Counted from the stretch's first letter, positions 37,286 to 46,427 are shown. The stretch: 64,000 nt of DNA from Anaerolineae bacterium (GCA_034437655.1 DAOTTU010000046.1:55115-119114), one strand, 5' to 3'. Translations and numbers: made by a program. The notes: generated from the sequence alone by a model not told the origin.

Positions 37286-38940
37286 GCATTGATGTGCCGC
37301 TTTGCCTTCCCTGCAACATAATCTGTGTATCCACCGGGATAGTAACTGAGTTCACCATCTTCTAATTCGACAATCTGATCTACGACGTTATCCAGAAAAT
37401 AGCGGTCATGTGAAATGATCAGCACTGCGCCTTCAAAGTGTTCAAGCTGTTCTTCCAACACTTCAACAGACTGAATGTCGAGGTTATTGGTCGGCTCGTC
37501 CAGCAGCAATAGATTCGGCTTTTGTAGCATGATAGTCGCTAGTTGCAAACGACTTCGTTCACCACCACTCATGCTATGGATGGGCTGACGAAGTTGCTCA
37601 TATGCAAATGTGAAGCTAATCAGAAATGCGACGGCCTGATCTTCACTCATTGGTTTCAAGTCACGGATGAGCGCCAGTGGCGAACGGTCTAACCAGTCAG
37701 CAAGTGTCTGGTGTTCCTGCGCGTAGTAGCCAATATTGGTGCTGGGACCAATGTCAATGAAGCCATCCAGCGGTTGTAAGTCACCTGTAATCAATTTAAA
37801 CAGCACCGATTTGCCCGCCCCATTCGGCCCCACCAGCCCAATGCGCTCACGATGACGGACAATAAAATCCAGGTCGAGGAACAAAACATCATCGTCGAAC
37901 CCCATTGACACCTGCTTAAACTCGATGGCTTTTTTGCTGCCCCGGCTGCCGTTGAGTTTGAGGTCCATCAGCTTGCGGTCAGTGACTTTTTCAATAATCT
38001 CGCCGCGTTCTTCCATACGGTCAAGCATTTTGCGACGGCTGCGGGCTTGCTTGATATGGCGTTCGTTCACTACCAGACTGGCCCACAGTTCGAAACGGGC
38101 AATGGCTGCCTCAATTTTCGCAATTTCCTTTTGCTGGGCAACGTAAAGCTGTTGTTGGCGGAGCCGGCGCAACTCACGTTCGGTCTTGTAATACGAATAG
38201 TTCCCGGCATAGTGCGTGATTTGTCCATCTTCAAGCTCAGCAATCTCCGTAACCACATCATCCAGCAGATAGCGGTCATGTGAAACGATTACGACTGCGC
38301 CGTTATAGCTGTTCAGAAAGTGTTCTAAACGAGCCTTTGCTGCCACATCGAGATGATTATCGGGTTCGTCGAGCAATAGAATGCTGGGCTGTTCAGCGAC
38401 AAGGCGCGTCAACGCTACCAACTTCTTCTGCCCCCCGCTGAGCGAGTCGGCGGGTAGACTAAAGTCCGCTTCTGTAAAGCCAAGATGCGCCAGTGTCCCC
38501 AGAACTGTACTCCGATGACGATCACCGCCAAGCGCGTTATAGTGTTCAAGGGTGCGCTGCTGACGATTCAAGACTTTAGTAAGTCGTTCTTCGTCGTTAT
38601 AGACGGCTGGGTCTGCGAGGAGTGTATCTATTTCGTCCAATTCTGCATTGACGTGGGCGAGGCGTGGTGGCGTTTGCATGGCAGCTTCTAACAAAGTTTG
38701 GCTCGGAGAAAGTATGACGTCTTGGGGCAAATAGCCTACCGTGACATCGCGTGCCAGAGTGATGGTGCCAGCATCTGGCTCAATGAGGCCGTGGATAGTC
38801 TTCAATAAGGTTGATTTCCCGGTGCCATTCGCCCCAATAAGGCCAATACGTGCGCCATTCTGTACAGCAAAGCTCAGGTCGTTGAAGATGACGCGGGTGG
38901 CGTAAGAGACTTTTAGATGATCAATGCGTAGCAGGTGCAT
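37282..38940 (-). CDS. ABC-F family ATPase (ribosome-associated; possibly ribosome-protection type)
   Basis: Two ABC domains (GANGTGKST/LSGGQ/LDEPDNHLD; GPNGAGKSV/MSGGE/LDEPTNNLD), inter-domain helical linker, no TM segments. ATG 38940 with a GGAGG SD. Confidence 0.93.
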   Translation of the reverse strand: MHLLRIDHLKVSYATRVIFNDLSFAVQNGARIGLIGANGTGKSTLLKTIHGLIEPDAGTITLARDVTVGYLPQDVILSPSQTLLEAAMQTPPRLAHVNAELDEIDTLLADPAVYNDEERLTKVLNRQQRTLEHYNALGGDRHRSTVLGTLAHLGFTEADFSLPADSLSGGQKKLVALTRLVAEQPSILLLDEPDNHLDVAAKARLEHFLNSYNGAVVIVSHDRYLLDDVVTEIAELEDGQITHYAGNYSYYKTERELRRLRQQQLYVAQQKEIAKIEAAIARFELWASLVVNERHIKQARSRRKMLDRMEERGEIIEKVTDRKLMDLKLNGSRGSKKAIEFKQVSMGFDDDVLFLDLDFIVRHRERIGLVGPNGAGKSVLFKLITGDLQPLDGFIDIGPSTNIGYYAQEHQTLADWLDRSPLALIRDLKPMSEDQAVAFLISFTFAYEQLRQPIHSMSGGERSRLQLATIMLQKPNLLLLDEPTNNLDIQSVEVLEEQLEHFEGAVLIISHDRYFLDNVVDQIVELEDGELSYYPGGYTDYVAGKAKRHINA

Positions 38941-38975
38941 AGTTACCTCCATAGAACAGGTGTGATGGATACAGG

Positions 38976-39012
38976 AAAAACAAAAACGGCTCCGGGGTGC
39001 GCCCAGAGCCGT
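38976..39012 (-). terminator. Intrinsic terminator inside the ABC-F 5' leader (attenuator)
   Basis: Minus strand ACGGCTCTGGG-(CGCA)-CCCCGGAGCCGT followed by TTTTGTTTTT, about 35 nt upstream of the start codon. Confidence 0.8.
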
Positions 39013-39043
39013 GATACAATCAAAATTAGCAAAATGTGTTACA

Positions 39044-39133
39044 TTATGACGAGGCGCAGTTCTCCAATGTAGGCTGCGCATTGCCACTCTGGCAGCTAAA
39101 TGAGAGGGTGACTGTGTCCGTCATATAAATCAT
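39044..39133 (-). CDS. Putative leader peptide (uORF) MIYMTDTVTLSFSCQSGNAQPTLENCASS
   Basis: ATG lies 6 nt after an extended -10 TGcTACAAT (hexamer 39145-39140), so it would be leaderless; stop TAA falls before the leader terminator. Confidence 0.35.
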   Translation of the reverse strand: MIYMTDTVTLSFSCQSGNAQPTLENCASS

Positions 39134-39196
39134 GCTATCATTGTAGCAGTAATTCGCTCTATGGCATAGTCATGGGCAACTGTTTTGGAGCAAAGC

Positions 39197-39556
39197 ATGG
39201 CAACCTTTGAATACCCCATTGCGTTTTATTACACTCGCGACCTTGCGACTACAGCAGATTTCTACGAAACTAAACTCGGCTTAACACTACACCGTGACCA
39301 GGGTGACTGCCGCATTTATAGAATCAACCCCGGTGCCTATATTGGTTTCTGCGAACGTGAGACAGTCGAACCAACGGGTAATATCATCTGCTTGATAACT
39401 GACAATGTTGATGCCTGGTATGAAAAGCTGACCCTGCTGGGCGTCGCGTTTGAAAAACAACCGGCCATCAACCCCAGGTACAACATTTATCATTGCTTCT
39501 TGCGCGACCCCAACGGCTACCTGCTTGAGATTCAAACATTTCTGGACGATGCCTGA
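39197..39556 (+). CDS. VOC/glyoxalase family protein
   Basis: FYYTRDL....DFY..KLGL, DNVDAWY..L, FLRDPNGYLLEI. ATG 39197 with a GGAG SD. Confidence 0.85.
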   Translation: MATFEYPIAFYYTRDLATTADFYETKLGLTLHRDQGDCRIYRINPGAYIGFCERETVEPTGNIICLITDNVDAWYEKLTLLGVAFEKQPAINPRYNIYHCFLRDPNGYLLEIQTFLDDA

Positions 39557-40295
39557 CTTTTCGCGCTTTGATGCCGATGACCCGCTCAACTGGGATGCTG
39601 ACGCTGCCAGTGAGGAGGTTGTTGACTGGCCAGAACTTGAAGCCGCACTCGGCCCACAAGCACCACTTCCCCAATATAACTGGTGGCAGGCCTGGCACCT
39701 GGTCCTGAGCAGACCTTTTCCCCAAACATTCGACACACTGCTACAAGATCCCAGCGCGGGGTTAGGCCGTGCTAATTCGTGGTTGGCGCTGGCGGGTGCA
39801 ATCAGTAGTGTAGCACCAATCTTTCTTGTCGCAGTCCTGCGGAACACAGATACCTCGGGCCTTTTTGCAGCGGGGATTAGCGCGGCATGTATCGCCCCTT
39901 TCGGTGTTATCGGTTACATGGTTGTGGTGCTGCTTGGCATGGCGGCTGTACATATCAGTGCTAGAGCGCTGGGTGGGGATGAAACTTTTGACAAAGCAGC
40001 CTATGCGCTGTCATTGTCAATTGCGCCACTGACAGTCGTGGTCAGTATATTGAGTGTAGTGCTAGGGGCGATTATGTCGGCCACCGTTGCACTGGCCGTG
40101 TTCCTCTCAGCAGTAGCGGTTATAGCAGCGAGTGTGTATCAAATCGTACTGGCGGCGATGGCTGTTCAGAGGGTGTACCGCATTGGGTGGGGCGAAAGCA
40201 CGATAGCCGCGTTAGCACCATTGCTATTGTTGTATGCGTGCGGGTGTTCGTGCTTGTCGCTTGTATTGGCCTCGGGCAATACGTCTATTCTCTAG
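39549..40295 (+). CDS. Yip1-like multi-pass membrane protein
   Basis: W..VL..P..TF motif, then about five hydrophobic helices with ARALGG..TF. Start moved to ATG 39549, overlapping the VOC stop. Confidence 0.65.
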   Translation: MPDFSRFDADDPLNWDADAASEEVVDWPELEAALGPQAPLPQYNWWQAWHLVLSRPFPQTFDTLLQDPSAGLGRANSWLALAGAISSVAPIFLVAVLRNTDTSGLFAAGISAACIAPFGVIGYMVVVLLGMAAVHISARALGGDETFDKAAYALSLSIAPLTVVVSILSVVLGAIMSATVALAVFLSAVAVIAASVYQIVLAAMAVQRVYRIGWGESTIAALAPLLLLYACGCSCLSLVLASGNTSIL

Positions 40296-40373
40296 TGCTG
40301 TGTCTGGCAAGTCATCCAGAACGAGCGATGAAACAGGCGCGAATTTTGCGCAAAGCCATTCTATGGCGGCGTG

Positions 40374-40673
40374 CTAATTCACTAACCGCTGTTCGACGTC
40401 TATCGGCTTAATACCATCAACCGAGATGAGCTTCTCTCGCGTGTTTTCCCCGGCAACAATCTCTATCTGCTCGGGGTTAACTTCTAGTTTTTCAGCAAGG
40501 AACTCAACAAGCTGGCGGTCAGCCGCACCGTCGGTATGATTCTCCGTGAGCCGAATTTTCAGTGTGCCGTCTTCTTGCACACCCGCAATTTCAACGTTGC
40601 TGGCACGGGTAACCACTTTCACCGTAAAAGCAGCACCACTATGTGCTTCTGTGATTTCAAACTTTCGTGTCAT
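40374..40673 (-). CDS. DUF167/YggU family protein
   Basis: VKVVTRAS, LKIRL......G.A...LVEFLA..L.V....IEIVAGE..REKLI. Confidence 0.85.
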   Translation of the reverse strand: MTRKFEITEAHSGAAFTVKVVTRASNVEIAGVQEDGTLKIRLTENHTDGAADRQLVEFLAEKLEVNPEQIEIVAGENTREKLISVDGIKPIDVEQRLVN

Positions 40674-40751
40674 GGTTCAGGATTCCTCTCAGTTTATTTA
40701 GCTAAGGGCCGATGTCTCAACGCTTGTGCAGTTCAATTTCAACGATATGAA

Positions 40752-41012
40752 CTATAACCCGGCGGAAATAAACGCCTGAGCAATGATATTACCGATAATC
40801 TGAATGCCAATCATCGCAATAATTGGGCTGAAGTCGAGCCCGGCCATCGCCCCACCCATCATGTTACGCAGTGGCGCAAGGACTGGCTCGGTTAACTGAT
40901 ACATCGTGCGTGCAAGTGGGCTGTAGGGGTCTACCTGTACCCAACTCATTAACACGCGCCCCAGAATGATAAACGAATACAACTGTGTGATAATGAGGAT
41001 TAGTTCACCCAT
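40752..41012 (-). CDS. yggT: YggT/YlmG family membrane protein
   Basis: ILGRVLMSW..VDPYSP, LTEPVLAPLR, LDFSPII. Confidence 0.92.
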   Translation of the reverse strand: MGELILIITQLYSFIILGRVLMSWVQVDPYSPLARTMYQLTEPVLAPLRNMMGGAMAGLDFSPIIAMIGIQIIGNIIAQAFISAGL

Positions 41013-41091
41013 TGATTTCTGTTTCTCCTGATACTAGCATTATCTACAAATTTCCTGTCGATAACCCAATTTGTGACGGAATATCCGGCGC

Positions 41092-41832
41092 TTATTGACG
41101 TTCACCAAAGATAGCACGTCCGACCCGAACCATCGTCGCCCCTTCTTCAACGGCAACAACGAAGTCGTTGGTCATACCCATACTAAGTTCACACCAGGGC
41201 ACCGCCTCAAAGTCATTACGCAATGCATTCAGCAGACGTCGCAACGATGCAAAAAATGGGCGCACCGTTTCAGCATCTTCGACATATGGAGCCATGGTCA
41301 TCAACCCAACCAGGCGGAGATGCGTATAGGTCGTGGCGTTTTCCACAAATGCCCATAATTGTTCCCGTTGAACACTATTGTTTTCCCAGTTTGCCACGTC
41401 AAACCCATATTTGCTATCTTCACCAGAGACATTCACCTGCAATAAGATGTCAAGCTGGCGTCCGAATTCGGCTGCAAAGCCATTAAGTCGCCGCAGCAAC
41501 TTATCACTGTCTATGGAATGTACCACGTCAAAATGTTGTGCCACGTCCCGCGCTTTCCGGCTTTGAACATGGCCAATCATGTGCCATTGCATTGTAGAGG
41601 TATCGTGGCCAAGCTGCGGTTGCTTTTCAACAGCCTCTTCGACGCGGTTTTCCCCCAAAAACCTTACACCAGCATCGAGCGCAGTCCGTATTTCATCAAC
41701 AGTGCGCTTCTTGGAAACTGCGATCAGCTTTACATCTTCCGGCTGACGGCCAATACGCACACAGGCAGCCGCTATTTGCTGCTGAATGGCGCTAATGTTC
41801 GCCCGGATGTTGCTTGCGCTCAGTTGTTCCAT
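41092..41832 (-). CDS. yggS: Pyridoxal phosphate homeostasis protein (YggS/YlmE)
   Basis: LIAVSKK, GENRVEE, WHMIGHVQSRK, LQVNVSGEDSKYG, GLMTM, LSMGMTND, GATMVRVGRAIFG. Confidence 0.95.
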   Translation of the reverse strand: MEQLSASNIRANISAIQQQIAAACVRIGRQPEDVKLIAVSKKRTVDEIRTALDAGVRFLGENRVEEAVEKQPQLGHDTSTMQWHMIGHVQSRKARDVAQHFDVVHSIDSDKLLRRLNGFAAEFGRQLDILLQVNVSGEDSKYGFDVANWENNSVQREQLWAFVENATTYTHLRLVGLMTMAPYVEDAETVRPFFASLRRLLNALRNDFEAVPWCELSMGMTNDFVVAVEEGATMVRVGRAIFGERQ

Positions 41833-41850
41833 AAGGTTACCGTATCAATA

Positions 41851-42645
41851 TTATAGTTCGTTGAGTGCCATCACTGCGCCGAAACGGCCAGTTTTACCTT
41901 TTTCAGCCCGATGTGAGTAGAAGTCGTCGGTACGCTGTGCTGTACAGATGCCTGCAACCTCAATGTGCTGTACACCAACAGACTCCAGCAGGCGTCGATT
42001 GGCCGCCCACAGGTTCAGGTATGCGCTACCATCAGCCGCACGTGCGATCAGGCCCTCCGTACTACCAAAGCGTGACTGTACCGCCGCCACCACTTCTTCA
42101 CCGACCTGATAATGCTCCGGGCCGATGCTGGGGCCAATGGCCGCCTGAATATCTGCTGCAACGGAGCCAAACGCGGTTTGCATGGCGGCAACGACGGCGC
42201 ACACAACCCCCGCGACAGTTCCACGCCACCCTGCATGGGCAAGGCCGAGGGCATGTTGCACCGGGTCATAAAATAGCACTGGCACACAATCTGCATAGCG
42301 CATCGCCAGGCCGATGTCAGTGCGTTGTGTCACCATACCATCAGCACGCGCTAGCCATTTGCGTTGAGGTTGCGGCCCATTGACGAAAACTGTGTCTGCG
42401 CCATGCACTTGCCAGACTGTACACACCTGACGTGGATGCAACCCCAATGTGTGATAGATACGGCGCGAATTTTCTAGCACATTGGCTTGTGAATCACCAA
42501 GCATTCCACCGACATTGAGTGTGTCAAATGGGCCCTTGCTTACCCCGCCATGCCGCGTGAAAACACCATGTCGTAAGGGGGCATGATGCCAGCAATCAAA
42601 TTGGTAATAAATAGGGTGGTGCGGCTCACTGACGACGCGTTGCAT
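41851..42645 (-). CDS. pgeF: PgeF/YfiH/YlmD family protein (peptidoglycan editing factor / purine nucleoside phosphorylase)
   Basis: FTRHGGVS, QVHG, ADG..T, ADCVPVL, AHAGWRG, IGPSIG...Y.VG, CT...DDFYSHR..G.TGR. Confidence 0.92.
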   Translation of the reverse strand: MQRVVSEPHHPIYYQFDCWHHAPLRHGVFTRHGGVSKGPFDTLNVGGMLGDSQANVLENSRRIYHTLGLHPRQVCTVWQVHGADTVFVNGPQPQRKWLARADGMVTQRTDIGLAMRYADCVPVLFYDPVQHALGLAHAGWRGTVAGVVCAVVAAMQTAFGSVAADIQAAIGPSIGPEHYQVGEEVVAAVQSRFGSTEGLIARAADGSAYLNLWAANRRLLESVGVQHIEVAGICTAQRTDDFYSHRAEKGKTGRFGAVMALNEL

Positions 42646-42743
42646 ACCCTCGCCTCAACTCTGTGTCTGCTTTCATTTTCTGGCATTATAGCATAAGGGT
42701 TCGATGGTAAATCTAACCTTCATAAAAAATTCGCAAGCAACCG

Positions 42744-42773
42744 TTGAAATCCATTAATTTCGTATGATAGAAT
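42744..42773 (+). promoter_or_regulatory. Sigma70-type promoter upstream of greA
   Basis: TTGAAA (42744-42749), 18-nt spacer, TAGAAT (42768-42773) with an extended TG. Confidence 0.6.
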
Positions 42774-42931
42774 GCGGCATTCTTTCCTGGATTCTTATAA
42801 ATTTCAGACTTCTTCAACTTACAATACATCCAAAACGAGCGGTTTAGATACACAGTGCCAACACCACTACACGCTTCGCTGATACGCACTTGAGGTGCAT
42901 CTAACGCTAAGTGAAATAAGGACGAGAAGCC

Positions 42932-43405
42932 ATGACAGACACCGTACATTATCTTACAGCAGAAGGGTATGCTGAACTAGAGCGCAAGCTCGAATACCTA
43001 CGCAATGAGCGGCGACAAGAAATCGCTGAGCGCCTGCGGGTGGTGATGTCCGAGGGTGGTGAACTCAGTGAAAACGCCGAATACGAGGACGCTAAAAACG
43101 ATCAGGCCTTTGTTGAAGGTGAAATTCAGCGACTGGAGCAAATCCTCGGCAGCGCCGAAATCATTGAAGACGATGCGCCAAAAGATAGCGTTAGCCTGGG
43201 TAATCGTGTCACCTTGCGCGAAAAAGGCGTGGAAGAAACCGAGGTTTATCACCTGGTTGGCCCGGCAGAGGCCAATCCAAAAACGGGCAAAATTTCATAC
43301 AAAAGCCCACTGGGGCAGTCTTTGTTGGGCCAACAAGTTGGCGACCGTGTGGTCGTAAAAGCGCCTGATGGAGATATTGTGTTTGAAGTGCTGGGGATCG
43401 AGTAG
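42932..43405 (+). CDS. greA: Transcription elongation factor GreA
   Basis: LTAEGY..L..KL..L, GELSENAEYEDAK..QAFVE, KISYKSPLGQSLLG, APDG. Confidence 0.96.
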   Translation: MTDTVHYLTAEGYAELERKLEYLRNERRQEIAERLRVVMSEGGELSENAEYEDAKNDQAFVEGEIQRLEQILGSAEIIEDDAPKDSVSLGNRVTLREKGVEETEVYHLVGPAEANPKTGKISYKSPLGQSLLGQQVGDRVVVKAPDGDIVFEVLGIE

Positions 43406-43437
43406 CATCGACTACTCTCTGTTGGACCATCGTCGCG

Positions 43438-43474
43438 CCCGTGTCTGGCACTTCCCATACACGGGTCTTTTTTT
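43438..43474 (+). terminator. Terminator-like hairpin between greA and lysS
   Basis: CCCGTGT...ACACGGG stem with a 14-nt loop, followed by TCTTTTTTT. Confidence 0.6.
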
Positions 43475-43525
43475 GCTATCGTTGCTTTCGTGAGCAAAGC
43501 TGAGAATCAGAAGAAAGGGATTGGA

Positions 43526-45052
43526 ATGAGCTGGCAACCGACCAATACAGTTGAAGAAGACCGCCTGGAAAAGCTACGTCGCCTTGAAACCGCAGGTGTT
43601 AACCCCTACCCACCTCGGGTCGAGCGCACCCATACTGCGGCCGAAGCCATCGTTGCCTATGAAGACGCTGAAAAAGCGAACCCGGACACCCCCGACGACA
43701 TCAGTGTGACGGTTTGTGGGCGTGTTGTGCGACAGAATGTGAAGGGCAAGATTTATTTCGGGCACATCGAAGACGGTAGCGGGCGCGTGCAGCTTATGAT
43801 CCGCATTAACGTGATTGGTGAGGAAAAGTTTGCGCTCATCAAGCAAAACCTCGATATGGGCGATTTTGTACAGGCTAGCGGTACTATGTTGCGTACCAGA
43901 ATGGGTGAGGTATCGGTAAATGTTGAGGCGCTCGAGATTCTTTCGAAGTCGTTGAAGCCGCTCCCGGTGATTAAGGAACGTGAACTAGAAGACGGCACGA
44001 TTGAACGCTATGGTGAGTTCAGCGACGTCGAAGAACGCTACCGCCAACGTTATGCTGACCTCGCTGTGAACCCTGATGTGAAAGAAGTCTTCCGTACCAG
44101 GGCGCGGATTATCCGTGAAATGCGTCATTTTCTGGATGAACGTGACTTTTTGGAAGTTGAGACGCCAATTTTGCAGCCACTTTATGGTGGTGCAGCGGCG
44201 CGTCCCTTCACCACCCACCATAACCAACTGCACCAGGAACTATATCTGCGCATCAGCTTTGAACTGTACTTGAAACGGCTGTTGGTTGGCGGCTTAGATC
44301 GGGTTTACGAAATTGGGCGCGACTTCCGTAATGAGGGTGTGAGCCACAAGCATAACCCAGAATTCACACAGATGGAACTATACCAGGCTTACACCGACTA
44401 CTATGGCATGATGGACATTGCCGAAGCGATGGTGAAGCACATCGCGCAAACCGTACTCGGTACTACAACCCTAACCTATAAAGAATATAGCATCGACCTC
44501 GGGCAGTCCTGGCGACGGGTTACCATGCGCGACTTGATTCAGGAACGGCTTGGCATTGATTATGATGCTCATCCTACTGCCGAAGCGCTTGAAGCCGCTA
44601 TTCGTGATGCTGGCATCCCCGTGCAACCTAATATGAATCGCGGCAAGCTCATTGAGCATCTGCTGGAACAAATTGAACCTGAGTTGATTCAGCCGACGTT
44701 TGTCATGGACTATCCCATCCAGATTTCGCCACTGGCTAAGAAGAAGGCTGGTTCTGAGGATCATGTCGAGCGCTTCGAACTCTACATGGGTGGGATTGAG
44801 CTTGGGAATGCCTTTACAGAATTGAATGATCCGCTTGATCAGGAACAACGTTTCATTGAACTTAGCCGCTTGTATGCGGATGACGACGATGACGCCAACC
44901 CCATTGACGAGGACTATCTCAATGCGATGCGCTATGGCATGCCGCCCTGCGGTGGACTGGGGATTGGGGTAGACCGTCTGGTGATGATGTTTACTAACCG
45001 GCCCAACATCCGTGAAGTATTACTCTTTCCACATTTGCGCAGTCGGGATTAA
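43526..45052 (+). CDS. lysS: Lysine-tRNA ligase (class II)
   Basis: OB-fold domain, YRQRYADL, EVETPILQ, ARPFTTHHN, LRISFELYLKRL, FRNEG...HNPEF, ERFE, YGMPP..G.GIGVDRL. ATG 43526. Confidence 0.98.
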   Translation: MSWQPTNTVEEDRLEKLRRLETAGVNPYPPRVERTHTAAEAIVAYEDAEKANPDTPDDISVTVCGRVVRQNVKGKIYFGHIEDGSGRVQLMIRINVIGEEKFALIKQNLDMGDFVQASGTMLRTRMGEVSVNVEALEILSKSLKPLPVIKERELEDGTIERYGEFSDVEERYRQRYADLAVNPDVKEVFRTRARIIREMRHFLDERDFLEVETPILQPLYGGAAARPFTTHHNQLHQELYLRISFELYLKRLLVGGLDRVYEIGRDFRNEGVSHKHNPEFTQMELYQAYTDYYGMMDIAEAMVKHIAQTVLGTTTLTYKEYSIDLGQSWRRVTMRDLIQERLGIDYDAHPTAEALEAAIRDAGIPVQPNMNRGKLIEHLLEQIEPELIQPTFVMDYPIQISPLAKKKAGSEDHVERFELYMGGIELGNAFTELNDPLDQEQRFIELSRLYADDDDDANPIDEDYLNAMRYGMPPCGGLGIGVDRLVMMFTNRPNIREVLLFPHLRSRD

Positions 45053-45099
45053 ACTCGTTAAACTGTGAAAAAGTGCCGTAAACAAATGGAGTCCGACTT

Positions 45100-46338
45100 A
45101 TGACGACCACCCCTGACCATAACGCCGCAACCCCTCATATTGACCACGCCGCTATTCTGGAAAAACTGGGCGAAGGTGTGTTGATTTTCGGTGCAGACGA
45201 CAAGCTGCTGTTAGACAACCACGTGGCACGGAAAATTCTGGGCTCCAATATGGTCGTCATTCGTCAGCAGGGGTGGCCCGCATTTGCCTTGATTGTTGAC
45301 CGTGACCAGGCCGACGACGTGACAGCCGACAGCCTGCGGGCGAAGTCGCTGCGACAAACTGACCCGGTGCGCTTTCGGATTCTGGTCGCAGATGCATATG
45401 TCCCGTGCTGGCTTTCCGCCGTGCATCAGGAAGACGTTACCCCACTGACTATTGTGACCCTTGAACAGGCAGACTGGACCCCAATCCACGAGTTTATGGC
45501 CAACATGCGCAAGGAAGGCACCCCCGCCATTGAAGACACGCTTGGCCATGCCAAATTCATGATTCAGATCGCGAAGCGGACGAATGAGAAGACCAAAGTC
45601 CCGCAATTAGCCGGGCAAATGCAACGTTTCGCCACTCTGATCCATGAAGAAATGGAACACTTGCAAATTCTGCTACGCCAGATGCATCGTCTGGAAGAAA
45701 TCCGCACTGGCAATGTCCGGCAGGCGATTGCCCAGCAACGCAAACGTGTTGACCTGGAAGACTTCTTCGAAGATTTTCTTGAAGAATTGTCTGAAGAATA
45801 CAGCAAACGCGACGGTCAAGAAGACAAAGATGTCCGTGACCGCATCAATATGGACATTGACGCCGACCTCTATATTGACGCCTCTGTGCCGCATATGGAA
45901 ACCGTCATTCATGATGTGTTGAATAACGCGCTACTTTATAGCAAGCCAGACTCCCCCCTTCAAATTCGGGCATTTGCTACCAATCAGCGTAAAAGTGTGC
46001 AGATCAATGTCATTGATGAGGGCATCGGCATTCGTGAATCTGAATATGACCGTGTTTTTACCTTGTTCAAACGGGCGCGGCAGCCTCAGGTTATCGCAGA
46101 ATTTGGCTTTGGGGTGAGCCTGGCGTTGGTTAAGTCAGAAATGGAAGCCATGAACGGGCGCATCTGGTTCAACAGTGAGGAAAAAGTGGGGACCATCTTT
46201 AGCTTGAAATTCCCGGCACACATCAAGAGCGACCCACCACCTGCGACGACCGCCGCCGATACTGAAGCGGAAACCCAGTCCACCACCCCTGAGTCCACAC
46301 CAAAAGAGGATACAACGCCGCAACCACCGTCGTCATGA
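45100..46338 (+). CDS. Histidine-kinase-like ATPase lacking the canonical phospho-acceptor His (PAS-like N-terminus)
   Basis: N box VLNNALLYS, G1 DEGIGI, F box VFTLF, G2 FGFGVSLAL, GTIF. The H box reads FMANMRKEGTP. Confidence 0.78.
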   Translation: MTTTPDHNAATPHIDHAAILEKLGEGVLIFGADDKLLLDNHVARKILGSNMVVIRQQGWPAFALIVDRDQADDVTADSLRAKSLRQTDPVRFRILVADAYVPCWLSAVHQEDVTPLTIVTLEQADWTPIHEFMANMRKEGTPAIEDTLGHAKFMIQIAKRTNEKTKVPQLAGQMQRFATLIHEEMEHLQILLRQMHRLEEIRTGNVRQAIAQQRKRVDLEDFFEDFLEELSEEYSKRDGQEDKDVRDRINMDIDADLYIDASVPHMETVIHDVLNNALLYSKPDSPLQIRAFATNQRKSVQINVIDEGIGIRESEYDRVFTLFKRARQPQVIAEFGFGVSLALVKSEMEAMNGRIWFNSEEKVGTIFSLKFPAHIKSDPPPATTAADTEAETQSTTPESTPKEDTTPQPPSS

Positions 46339-46427
46339 ATTGAACCCGGTCTGGCATTACGCGGTAAGCTGTTTAGAATCAATTTTGAGATAAGACCACG
46401 ACCTATTCTGTACTGGAGTACCTCAAC

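Noticed and set aside
36406-39087. Integrative element or prophage at the tRNA
   Set aside because: No integrase and no duplicated tRNA 3' end (att site) seen; only the TA pair follows.
38941-39087. 49-aa N-terminal extension of the ABC-F ORF
   Set aside because: It spans the leader terminator; ATG 38940 has a GGAGG SD and starts at the usual ABC-F position.
43406-43525. T-box or lysine riboswitch upstream of lysS
   Set aside because: The spacer is only about 120 nt and has neither a T-box GGTGGxACC motif nor lysine-riboswitch elements.
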